This document shows, piece by piece, positions 1 through 14,431 of a stretch of DNA of 64,000 nt. The stretch lies in assembly GCF_009914755.1 (NCBI RefSeq), contig NC_060929.1. One strand, 5' to 3'. The position numbers and the translations under genes are program-made. This DNA comes from the human T2T-CHM13v2.0 reference genome, Homo sapiens. The stretch's first letter is position 1. The number at the start of each line of letters is the position of its first letter. Below the pieces are notes generated by a model. The model saw nothing but the letters and a program-made list of their open reading frames with translations, made no database searches and was not told the DNA's origin.

Positions 1-375
1 CGGCCGCCAAGTTTTGTGCTTGAAACCCAGGGCCCTGGTGGGGTAGGCACCACAGGGAATTTCCTGGTCTGTGGGTTGTGAAGACCATGGAACAAGTGCA
101 GTATCTGGGCCAGAGTCCCCGGTTCCTCAGGCTCAGCCCCTCAAGGCTTCCCTTGGGTAAGGGAGAAAATTCCCCAACCCCTTACGCTTCCCAGGTGAGG
201 CGATGCCCTACTTTCCTTTGGCTTACCCTCCATGGGCTGCACCACTGTCCAACCAGTCCCAATGAGATGAACCAGGTACCTCCGTTGGAAATGCAGAACT
301 CACCCACCTTATGTGTGGATCTCGCTGGGAGCTGCAGACTGGAGCTGTTCCTATTCGGCCATCTTGATCAGCTTC
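1..375 (-). mobile_element. 5' end (5' UTR) of a probably full-length L1PA7/L1PA8-like LINE-1 that continues left of the window
   Basis: The reverse complement begins CAAGATGGCCGAATAGGAACAGCTCCAGTCTGCAGCTCCCAGCGAGATC, the L1PA 5' terminus with its YY1 site (gccatcttg at 358-366 on +). Confidence 0.9.
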
Positions 376-1618
376 AGGCAATGATCTTATTGCAACAAAT
401 TCCCCAGGTGTTCTTTGAGCTTCTTGTATTTGGATGTCTAGATCTCTAGCAGGGCTGGAGAAGTTTTCCTCAATTATTCCCTCAAATATGTCTTCGAAAC
501 TTTTAGATTTCTCTTCTTCCTCAGGAACACCAATTATTCTTAGGTTTGGATGTTTAGCATAGTCCCAAATTTCTTGGAGGCTTTGTTCATTTAAAAAAAA
601 TTCTTGTTTGTTTGTCTTTGACAGATTGGGTTAATTTGAAAGTCTTGTCTTCGAGCTCTGAAGTTCTTTCTTCTGCTTGTTCGACTTTATTGCAGAGATT
701 TTCCAGTGCATTTTGCATTTCTCTAAGTGTGTCTTTGATTTCCAGAAGTTGTGATTGTTTTTTATTTAGGCTTTCTATTTCACTGAAGAATTTTCCTTTC
801 ATATTCTGTATCATGTTTTTGATTTCTTTAACCTGGACTTCACCTTTCTCTGGTGCCTCCATGATTAGCTTAATAATTGACCTTCTGAATACTTTTTCTG
901 GCAATTCAGAGATTTTTGTCTTGTTTGGATCCATTCCTGGTGAGCTGGTATGATCTTTTGAGGGTGTTAAAGAACCTTGTGTTGTCATATTACCAGAATT
1001 GTTTTTCTAGTTCCTTCTCATTTTGGTAGACTATGTCAGAGGGAAGATCTGGGGTTCCAGGGCGGCTGTTCAGATTCTTTTGTCCCATAGGGTGCTCCCT
1101 TGATGTGGTGTTCTCCCCCTTCCCCTTGGAATGGGGCATCCTGAGAGCCCAACTGTAGTGATTGTTTTTGTTTTTCTGGCTCTAGCCACCCAGTAGAGCT
1201 ACTGTGCTCTGGGCTGGTACTGAGGAGTGTCTGCAGAGTCCTGTGATGTGATCCCTCTTCAGGTCTTGCAGCGGTGGACTCCAGCATTTGCTCTGGTGGA
1301 GGTAGCAGGGGAGTGAAGTGGACTCTGTGAGGCTCCTTGGTTGTGTTTTTGTTTAGAGGGCTGGTGTTGTGTTGGTTGGCCTCCAGCCAGGAGGTGGCAC
1401 TTTCAAGAGTGTATCAGCTGCACTTAGTTTTTTGGCATCTCAGGGAGCCTGCAGCAGCGATCCACTTCCTTCAAAGGGTCTGTAGATTCACTCAGCTTTC
1501 CTGGTATGTTCCTGTGGTAGTTCTTGGAGCAAAAGTTTACACTGTGAGTCTCCACATGCTGATCTATCCATCTGAGTGGGAGCTGCAAGCTAGTCCTACT
1601 TCCTACCCACCATATTCC
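376..1618 (-). mobile_element. L1PB (L1PBa-type) 5' UTR plus N-terminal ORF1, interrupted at about 375 by the younger L1PA
   Basis: The minus strand starts ...GGTAGGAAGTAGGACTAGCTTGCAGCTCCCACTCAGATGG (L1PB-type 5' end). ORF 587-988 encodes an ORF1p coiled coil (KDHTSSP..DP..EISELPEK..KKQSQLLEIKDTLREMQNALE). Confidence 0.85.
587..1021 (-). pseudogene. Disrupted L1 ORF1p (coiled-coil region)
   Basis: An in-frame upstream ATG at 1021-1019 (ATG AGA AGG AAC TAG) is stopped at codon 5. The 587-988 ORF is the residual frame, ending just after the tttttttt run (A-run on +) near 590-600. Confidence 0.8.
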
Positions 1619-1621
1619 AGA

Positions 1622-2022
1622 TTAAATGCTTAAAAAGCAAGTCACAGCTATATGCTGTGTAAGAAACCCACTTTAAACATAAAGATGTAGATATATTAAA
1701 AACTAAAAAAAGAAAAGCTATATGATGCCAACACTATCCACAAGAAAGCGGGAGTAGTTATATAACATCAGGCAAAATGGACTTCAGAAAAAGGAACATT
1801 ATTGAGGATAAAGGGAACATTACGTAATGATAAAGGGGTCAGTTCTCTGAACAGACATAACAATCTGAAATATGTGTGCACCTAATAACAAATCTTCAAA
1901 GTACATGAAAGAAAAATAATGGAACTTTAAGGGGAAATAAGAAATAATTGTAACTATAGTGGAAGACTTTAACACTCCCCTCTCAGGAATTGACAAAACA
2001 GTAACAATAAATTAGTAAAGAT
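1622..2022 (+). mobile_element. Old L1M fragment, ORF2 endonuclease region
   Basis: Degenerate matches to EN-coding motifs: tatatgctgt..aagaaacccactttaaa, gacataacaatc..aatatgtgtgcacctaataac, atagtggaagactttaacactcccctctcag. Confidence 0.75.
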
Positions 2023-2035
2023 CTTGAGGTGCTTT

Positions 2036-2721
2036 GTAGTGTTATTTTGCTAGGCTGACCCACATTTTTCATAATTCCATTTCCTGTATGTTTCTGGTTA
2101 CGAATAATCAATAGAAACATTCTTGTACCAGATTAGAAAGGTGGAAGTGAAAACACAGCCATTTTATAGCTCACACACGTTATTGCTTATCTGCTAGCTA
2201 ATTTTGTGGGGAAAAGTAAGTACAGCAACCAAATATGTAACTGCTGTACCTTTCCCTGATCCTCCTTCAGTTCCACTAATTCCTGAGCCAGGAGTGTGTC
2301 AAGTTCTGTGATGAGGGGCAATATCAATAGCTCTCCTTGCAGGAAATGCATATCATTAAGCACAGAGGTAGTAATCACTGAAGTGTTTCAGTCTATCTTA
2401 TGATCCAGCTCTTGTTTGCAGGTCACAGCTTGTCCTGGCTCTTCCCTATATTACGTCACCTTTTCTTCCTAACTGCATGCCCTGTCAATTTCAGCTTCAG
2501 CATCAAATTCAAAGATGAGAGTTTTACAGACACTAACAAGTTCCTATAATTGTATAACATCAAATCCTTTTAATAAATCCATTAATTTATCTATATCTGA
2601 ATCTACATGTCTCTATATATATCTGCATCTCCATCTCCACCTACATGTATATTTACATCTACATCCATATTCATATTGACAGCTTATGGTCTGCTTCTCT
2701 GATTAAAGCCTATTTAGTACA
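2036..2721 (+). mobile_element. ERVL LTR (LTR41-like)
   Basis: Has TG..CA ends (tgtag...gtaca), AATAAA near 2572 and a typical 3' end ggtctgcttctctgatt. It is followed by a PBS-like sequence. Confidence 0.7.
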
Positions 2722-3870
2722 GAATTTGATACTAAGAGTGGTTCCAGAGTAACAGAAACTTTAGAATGAGTTCTCCGAAATGGTTCTTTAAACTGGATTC
2801 TTGGATCTGATTAGACTTAAAGGCATTAAGAACCTCATTTCTGAGGCTAAAGGGAATGTTGATCATCTATGACATGCAGCGGTAAAACAGTTACTCAAAT
2901 TATCACCTGCAGATAATGTAATCAGTGCCTATAGAATGCAAGTAATTGCTGCCATAGACCATTTTCGTGAAAATAAGAAATATAACGGGATGGGTTGATT
3001 GCTTATGCTGAAGAAATATGGGAAAGAAAATTATATCAGGACCTTAAATCCTAAGCTTACAGGCTGCATAAGAGAACTGAAAGCTTCAATAACTGTCCTA
3101 AAGTGAACTTTTATTTCTTGTAGCCATAGGGCAGATATTTCCGAACACCAGACCCAACATCTGATCCTGCAGGTGGCTGAATTACAAATGCAAAGTGAAT
3201 ATCCAATTCCATAGTATCTCTTTTGTTAAAGTTAGAGCATTGATATGGATGGAGTAGAAACTGGGAAATTGCGAAGGGGACAGATAGGCAGAATCCAATA
3301 ATGCTGGGAACTTTGAACTCCAAAATTCTGCTGAGCCTGTGGAAGATCCTTTTAACCATTGCCCTAAGGAGGTTAGCCACCCTTGCCTAAGAACCTGTAA
3401 GGTCTTTCCCTGAAGTAGATCTCTTGCAAGGTGTTACTGATGATCCTCAGGACCTATTCCCACTACCTGTCTTTGCTTCTAGACCTATAATTAAAATCAA
3501 GAACCAGTAGGCCTCAGAGGGTGAAACATAAAGTATGGCCTGTGATGAGATCTGATATACATAAAAAAAGACTTTATTCAGAAAACTGGGAAATATGTGT
3601 AGGAATGGATTTTAAGAGCGCAGGATCAAAATGGAAGGAATATAAAGTTGGATCGTGATGATTTCATTGACAGAGCTCATTAATCAGAGATTCTGAATTC
3701 AAAACTGAAGGACTGGAAATGACTCTAACAGTTTTCTTGGTTAGTTTTCCAAAATGTGGAGCAAAAGGTAGCCTCCACTACCAGATCTTTGGTAGATTAT
3801 AAAGTAAGTGCCAGATCTTTGCTCGTACAATATAGAGTACGTTATCCAAAGGTTTAGGGAGACTGAACTA
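2722..3870 (+). mobile_element. ERVL internal sequence (PBS plus degenerate gag)
   Basis: tgatactaagagtgg (2727-2741) resembles the tRNA-Leu PBS tggtaccaggagtgg. Downstream sequence resembles ERVL gag (aatggattttaagag..ggatcaaaatggaaggaatataaagttggatc). Confidence 0.65.
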
Positions 3871-5070
3871 TTTTAAGTGAATGTAGTGACTGTTTAGTGT
3901 TTGCATTTTCTTTTTAAAATTTTTTATCTTAATTTTTGTAGGTACATAGTAGGTGTATTGCATGAATTCTCTGCTTGTTGTATGAAACGTTTTATTTATT
4001 GCTATTTGTTTGAACTTATTAATTATGTTATTCAACTTTGATATCTGTAATAATTTTTGTCTTCACCTGTTTTTGAGAAGCATTTGCTAAAACACTCTGA
4101 CATCAATGGTTGATTAGTCTGTTTCTTCTCCTAATTCTGTTAGTTTGCTTTTTTATGAATGTGATTCTGTAATGATAACAAAAGAATGTATATTTCTTTC
4201 TTTTAACTTAGTCTTTCCTTTGGACTTTTTCCAAACAAGTGTCTATTCACAAAATAGCATTAATAAATTTAATGGTGATTTTATTAAAGCTTACATAGGA
4301 CATATGGAAAAGGGTTATATTTTACAGTGTGTAGCATTCATTTTAAAAATTTTCATTATAGTTGGCTTCTTCCAAGTTTCTCTTTTTGGCCTCAAATCCA
4401 CCAGATGTCCTCCTTTCCTTTTCTTCCTTTTGGCACTACAATTCCTGACTCTATCCTATGCCCCTGCCCCAGCTCACTTGACTCACTACCACGAAACTGC
4501 CACCAATCTCTCTTTTGGTTTATTATGTACAGAAATTCAGCTCTATCCAGGATTCTTGCTCTCAACTGTATGATTTTGCCTGCCACTTCGTATAAATTCA
4601 ATACATCACGGACCATTTTGATGAAAAGAGACATATTGATTATGCTCAGAAAATGAATTATTCTTTGCTAACTAGGCCCCATCTTCCTTAGGAGGCAGTT
4701 GAAACTTATGTATGTGATTAGTACAATATTTTTCCTTTCAAATATTTCAATTTAAAATGGTGTGTTTTTTATTCAACGAGGAGAGAGACAAAATTGCATT
4801 TTGTTGTTGTTATCTAAAGACTCATGAGTAACAACCTGAATTAATGAACTGGTTCTTTGTTTTGACTGCAGGTTTTACTCAGATTCAGTATGTTTCAGCA
4901 TCTCTTAAAGGCAACCATTCCACTGACTGCTGGTCTGACATGTCTCTTAATCCAGTCCTGATCTAAGATCATGACAAGAAAAAATAATAAACTTCCTTGG
5001 AAAATCAATGAATTTAATGTTCTTTTTATCTCATTGAATGATTTGTCTATTGACTGTGTTTCTCTCTTCA

Positions 5071-5400
<330 letters not shown>

Positions 5401-6439
5401 GAAGAAAACTTTTTTTAAAAATAAATTATATAACGTTTTAGATGACAAGACATCAGTCTGAGATCAGGATTGGTAATTACAATAGTCTCAGGTGACATAA
5501 CTCAGGAAGGCAAAATTATGTAACTTTACCCTCTATCTTTATTTTTATTTCAAGTCTACACATCTTCTTTTGATAACATAAAATAAAAACGTAGTCAATC
5601 CTAGGCGTGAACTCAGCTCTGGAATTTCTCCCAATTTGTTTTCTGTCTGTGGCATCATGTAAGTTCAAGTGTAATCAGATGGGGTGAATTACGTGGTCTG
5701 TGATCACTGACTTTGTCCACTTTGGTATCTGCTGAGATTCCCTCACCCAGGCTTGTCTGTATGCCTGATATCTTTCCTCTGTTATCTTCTCCACCTATAA
5801 TGTCAGGCCAGTCATTGACACTTGCACCCTGAAACCTCCATGTCCTAGTTGAGTGATGTCTTCAGGTCTACCAAATCCGTCTCTCACCCAACTCTGTACC
5901 TTGTTGATAGCAAATGGGAAGTTGGAACTATTCCAATCCATTCCAGAGCCTCAAAGATTTCATCTGAGGCCTATTTGGACTCAAAAAATCCATCCAGCAA
6001 ATTCTATCTACTGCTTCAATATCAGGATAACCACTCCATGCTGCTGCTCCTCAAATGGGAATCAGGCCATTGTGCTGTCTGCACTTAAACCCCCAAATTC
6101 AGCTATTTATATTGGCACACACTCACATGCCTTGAAGAACTAGTTCTAAGTGAAGAAGAGTGAAAGCTCAAAACAGCATCTAACTCTCTATAAAGCACTT
6201 TCTCTTGACCTATTATTTACTAGAGTATTTTAAGTTTAGTGCATAGCAATTATTGAATATTGACTATTTTGTTCTCTTAGGCTCCCCATCCCACCTCTCC
6301 ACAGTTTAGCTCCTGCCCAAAATTAAAGAAGAGGAACAGCAACAAAAATAAGAATGTTCAATTCCAAAAAGCACATCAATTTATATCACTGCAAATAAAT
6401 ACTGACTTTCTAATCATGGCTCTTCCATTAATCCACCCT

Positions 6440-6553
6440 ATTACACTGTGTGAATCAGTTTACCTTTCTGAGTGTTAGTTTCCTCATCTGTAAATTACGG
6501 GGGTTAAACTAGGTGCTTTTTAGGATCCTTAGCAGCATTAATATTCTATGATT
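6440..6553 (+). mobile_element. MIR (MIR3-like) fragment
   Basis: Core agtttcctcatctgtaaa and tail attctatgatt. Confidence 0.7.
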
Positions 6554-7119
6554 GCATGTTTTCAGATTACAATGCATTCAAAGTCCAGCATTGACAAGTT
6601 CCATCTACAATCAGCCCCCCAGAGTTTAAAGGGGGAGACATTATATAATTCACATTAAAGTACTTTGAAAAGTTAAATGTACCATATAAATAAACCTTGG
6701 TGTACAGCAATTTGATGTCTGACAATTTTCTTTTACAGCCTTCAGCCAATTAAATGTGTGTTAGCAATTTACTACACTCATTGCTAGCAGAGCACACAAA
6801 TGAACCTCAATTTCCATTCGCCTTTTTAATCTGCTCCAGATACTAGTTTCAGCGCCATCTAACCTCTCACACTTTCCTATAACCTTCCACCCTTCCTTCT
6901 CCGTGGGGTCAGGCAAGTTAAGCAGAGAAAACAAGAGGCAAGAGACTTTGGGTCAATGTCGAGTGCCTTGACTAAGTGTACTGGTTTTTATCCATTATTG
7001 TCCTTTTCATGTGTTAAGTGCCTCTTTAAGCCATTTCAAAGGAAGCGATGCCAAAAGATAAGTAGTTACTTCCCAAATATCTGCTTTGAAGAATTCTACC
7101 CTACTGTTGTTCATGTTCA

Positions 7120-7372
7120 TGATTTAGTAAGAAAGAGCTTAGGCTTTAGAGTTGGACAAACTAGAGCAAAAATCATGCTTGATCCTCAGCACCTTTGTGG
7201 CCGTGGGCCAGGCCAGTTGTTTAGCCTCTTAGAGCCTCAATTATTCCTCTTTTAAAAATGTTGATTAAAATATAAAAAAAACCTGGGTGTTTGTGTGGAT
7301 TATAGATTAGAGTTAACATATGTACTGGCTGTGAAGTACTTTATGTGCTGTGGATCCTCAATGCTTGGTCAA
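7120..7372 (+). mobile_element. MIR
   Basis: ggctttagagttggacaaact...gtttagcctcttagagcctcaatt..ctcttttaaaaatg. Confidence 0.65.
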
Positions 7373-9132
7373 TAATATCTATGGCCAGGGCGGCCCATGG
7401 ATGTGGGTGGTCCCAGACAAACATTTTGTATGGAGCCACCCACTGTGTATATAAACAATTTGATTTAAAACGATTATTATACAATTTATTTGCGTGTGAA
7501 GTTTATTGATTTATTAATGGTTAAGTGTAATGAGGAGAGAAGAGGCACATAATTAATAATTATTGTTTAATTAGTGCACATGAAAATTCTTCATGGTGTC
7601 CAGACACAATTTCTACCTGTTTATGTCCAAGAACCACATCTTGCATTTTTTATTGTCAAATGCACTATCCTTACCAAGTTTCTTATTCCTCACTGTGAGA
7701 AAAGAAGTACTAACACTATTGTTATAGACAATGTCCTGGTCTTCAGAATCTGTGTATATTGAAACAATGTCAATCTTCCTGCCTCTGTAATCTCTGATGC
7801 CATTTCATTTATTCTTGGTTCTTTCATTACTTATGACACTGCATTATTCTTCATGCAGCCTATGAATACCAGCTTCCAATGACCCTATCAAAGGCTGTTG
7901 CTCAGCTTCGTTAATGAAGATCACAAATGCATGTGTACTCAGAGTATGCAGGAAAATGTGACCAATAAGTTTTTTTCTGGTCATGTTAATGTGTCATTTT
8001 ATAACATAAAATATAGACCATCTTTCAACTATGTCTCCCTAGGCCACATGTAATTAGAACATTCTTAGAATGTAATCTCTTTCAGTGTTGACCACATTCC
8101 TGCCTTCTACATGCTATCATTGGCAAAGAGGATAAGAAAGTATTCATAAGCAGAATGAGTGGAGTGTCACTCCTTTTCCAGCATGGTTTAAGAATGCACT
8201 GGGTGCTTACATGTAAGGTAAGAGAGGACTTTCTCAGAAGGGCCTGTGGTGTTATGAGCAACAGTTCTGAAAGCTCTCAAGTCCTCAGAAGAGATAGGTG
8301 GGGCCTCTCCAGAAGGTCTACAGACACAGGGTGCCACCCTTTCAAAAAAAAATTGTGGTGACCATCCCGGGTGCCAGTGGAGAGAGCACACAGGGGAAAG
8401 GATAGCCATGCTACCCTCTTCTAACCTTAGGTGCTGTATGAGACCACAGAAGGCCTCATGGTTGGAACACAGATGGGGGAATGCCAATATACAGGCTCAC
8501 ACATATAGCCCAGGTATTGGCAATGGACCCTAGGTGTCCCAGAGCCCTGAATTTATCTTGTACCCAATGTGAGTTGCACCCATAATCAACGTGTAACTAC
8601 TGTTCTGGAGGCACAAATTTGTACAATGCCACAAAAGAAATACTATACTGGTAGTGGAAATAGGCTGCACCAGGCTACCCACCTGGAATCAGGGCCTGAC
8701 CACTAGCAACTGCAATGACCTATTAGGTAAGGCTTCTTGATATCTCTGGTCAATCTCATGTGATTCGGAGGGGTATAGATTTGGAGACCTCTCCAAAATG
8801 GAGAAACAAGGACTAAGGCCCACTAAATACCTGGCTGGATGTGGGACTTCAGCCTAGATGACATTGTTGATGTTGATGGGTTCCAGGCACCAGACGAGGA
8901 CTTAGAACATTTTAAGAAAGAAACTCCAAAGTGTGGAGCCCTCTGAGAAGCCAGGAGCAGAAGTCCTGTTTGTTCAGTCCTAAAGCAGTATTACCTGTTG
9001 TCACAGGCAAAGTCAATCTTTAACAAAACTGATTGAAGGAAATGGTGCTCCAGTGATCTTATGAGCCATCCTGTGGGGCAAGTGAAGGACTTTAAGATAG
9101 AATAAAAAGACTTATTTCGAGGATTGGGGAAC

Positions 9133-9770
9133 TGTTTTAGAAAAACTCTTGAACCGTGTTTTTCTTCTACTCTCACACCACCACAACAAATGTTTTTCTT
9201 TTACTCTCACACTACCACAATTGTTCCATCAACAGGAAAGAGGACTTATGACCAAATGTGTGAGGGTTTCTCCCCATCACCAAGCAGTGGACACCAGCTG
9301 TATGTCCTCTAATTCAATTCTAATTCTATACACTTGGAGACAGTGTCAGATCGCACAGGTTGAGGGCTCAGTCCCCAAGACTGCCCCACCCCTGCTAGGC
9401 ACCTGTTGTAAGTCTGGGCCTCTGGAACTTCTGACTGACTGGTTTCAACTTGGGGTTCCTATGACCCCCTCTTTGGGTTTGCTTAATTTGCTGGAGAAGG
9501 TCACAGAACTCAGAGAGACACTTACATTTACTGGTTTATTATAAAAGATATTATAAAGGTACAGATAAAGAGATGCATAAGGCAAGGTATGGGGGAAAGG
9601 CATGGAGGGAAGCCTCCCTCCATGCCCTCCCACAGTGTGCCACTCTCCTAGAACCTCCATGTGTTCAACTATCTGGAAGCTTCCCAAACACAGTCATTTT
9701 GGGTTTTAATGGCTCCATGACATCAGCATTCCTTCCCTTAGGGTATAGAATGGGAATGCTGATGTCATGG
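9133..9770 (-). mobile_element. MER21-family LTR (partial)
   Basis: gaccaaatgtgtgagggtttctcccc, cagatcgcacaggttgagggctcagtccccaagactgcccc, gaccccctctttgggtttgcttaatttgctggag. Confidence 0.8.
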
Positions 9771-9787
9771 GAACAGTAACTACCTAT

Positions 9788-10593
9788 TGAATTGCCCAAC
9801 CAGGTTCTTCTTGCCCACAACGCAGAAAAACCACCAATACACTGAGACAGAAAGTGTTGCGATAGAGAGTTTAATTATCACCAGGCTGCTGAGCAGAAAG
9901 ACAGGAGATATTTCTCAATTCTGCCTTCCCAAGAACTCGGAAGCTAGGGTTTTTAAGAATAATTTAGTGGGCAGGGACTAGAGAATGGGTACTGCTGATT
10001 GGTTGGGGATGAAATCATAGGAATGTCAAAACTGTCGTTGTGCACTGAGTCCATTTCTGGGTGGGGGACACAGGACCTTTCGAGTCTGTTTCTTGGTATG
10101 AGTCACAGGTCCAAGTGGAGTTAGTTGGTCACCAGAATGCAAAAGTCTGAAAAAGATCTCAAATGTTGTCTTAGGTTTGACAATAGTGATGTTATCTATA
10201 GGACCAATTGGGGAAGTTACAGATGACCTCCAGCTACATGACACCTGGGCAGTAAGCAGTTATAAAAAGACAAATTATAAAACAATGACTGGTTAGAATT
10301 TAACTATGCCCACATTCTAACAGAATTTAGGCCCCTACCATAACTCTCACCTTGTGGGCAATTTATTAGGTTTACAAAGGCAGTTTTGGTCCCTGAGCAA
10401 GGAAGGGGTTAGTTTCAGGAAGGGACTCTTATCATCTTGTTTTAAAGTTAAACTGTAAACGAATTCCTCCCATAGTTGGCTTAGCTTATACGCAGGAATG
10501 AGCAAGAACAGTTAGCTTGTGAGGTTAGTAGAAGGATGGAGTCAGCTGTGTTAGATTTCTCTCACTGTCATAATTTTGGAAAAGGCAGTTTCA
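9788..10593 (-). mobile_element. LTR8-family (LTR8A/B-like) ERV1 solo LTR
   Basis: The minus strand starts TGAAACTGCCTTTTCCAAAATTATGACAGTGAGAGAAATCTAACACAGCTGACTCCATC and ends ..TTGGGCAATTCA. Confidence 0.85.
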
Positions 10594-11427
10594 CAATGCC
10601 TTTAATTATTAATAATTATTTAATGTTGAGCTCTGTATTCTTTCAATGTGATGTCAGAAACCTACTCATGAACACAGTCTCCAGACATGGAAATTTAACA
10701 TTGTTTTGTTATAAGCTCTTTGAGTTAGAGAAATTGACCATTTTTATTTCTAGGCTCCAGGGCCAGTCATCTATTGGGAAGAAGATAAGAAAATGTGAGA
10801 AAATATTGTTGGAAATAAAAAAAGGAACATTGTTTAGTTGGCAAAATTGACTAAGTTGAAAATGTAGTATTTCAGCCTATTTTGAAAGACTGAATATTCT
10901 TCATGCAAAGTCAGGTGGATGAAGCATACATTTAATATGTCAGTTTACCTATAATGTCTGTCACCAATGCACTGCTCACGATAGGAAATTCCACATTGAA
11001 AAAGTAAAAGAGCATTTTATCTTATGTCTTTACTGCTGACTTGCTGTCTCACTGACACCATCTCTATTCTTTCTCTTTACTTGAGTAGTACATTACTTCC
11101 AGCTTCAGCCATTGTCACCTTACTGTGGAAAACAATTTGCAGTAATGAGTCTCTCATTGTTTGCAATCATAGCAATGGATATAATTGGCTCATAATTTAC
11201 GTTATATGGAATTTGATGTAAGGTATTACTTTTTAAATTTAGGAATATAGAATGAACGTGACAAAGTGGACAATTAGAGGATTTTCTTTCTAGTGAATAA
11301 GATATATTCTGTGTTCATTAGCCTCAATATACCCAGCCCTATTTTGGGCTCACTAGAGCACTAAGCAAAGAACAACTTGCCTCTGCTCTCTTGGATATTA
11401 TAATCTGGATTGAAATATAAAAGCAAA

Positions 11428-11439
11428 ACACACACACAT

Positions 11440-11478
<39 letters not shown>
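11428..11478. repeat. (CA)n microsatellite with an internal CGCGCG
   Basis: acacacacacatacacgcgcgcacacacac... seen directly. Confidence 0.95.
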
Positions 11479-11483
<5 letters not shown>

Positions 11484-11707
11484 CATAGCTAACAATTCTT
11501 AACTCTAATAGTATGCTAAGTATTATGGGAATTCAGAGATGAAGCAAAAAGAGGACAATCTTATTTTACATTCCGAAAAAGGCAGCAGTAAAAAAGTACT
11601 GGCCAAAGGGTAAACATTTCTTTTCTTACAGTTCAATATTTTTAATGTAAACGTAATTTCTTACTCTTTTTTCTAAATAATTCAGATGCACAAAGTGTCC
11701 AAAAATA

Positions 11708-14431
<2,724 letters not shown>

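Noticed and set aside
78-449. 123-aa plus-strand ORF
   Set aside because: It is an antisense reading across an L1PA 5' UTR and the L1PB junction, in a different frame from the ORF0-like one. There is no evidence of a real gene.
4145-4656. Overlapping 142/109/80-aa ORFs
   Set aside because: AT-rich, low-information translations with no recognisable domain. The longest starts at a non-ATG codon.
5650-6150. GC-richer block with two short ORFs (possible pseudogene or exon)
   Set aside because: No recognisable protein on either strand. It may be an old LTR but I cannot assign it.
6848-6865. Partial CTCF-like AGATGGCGCTG on the minus strand
   Set aside because: The 5' half (CCASY) does not match.
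7386-8549. Possible hAT-Tip100-type transposon bounded by CAGGGC...GCCCTG
   Set aside because: Only a 6-bp inverted match, the flanking 8-mers (tctatggc / aatttatc) are not a TSD, and no transposase motif was readable.
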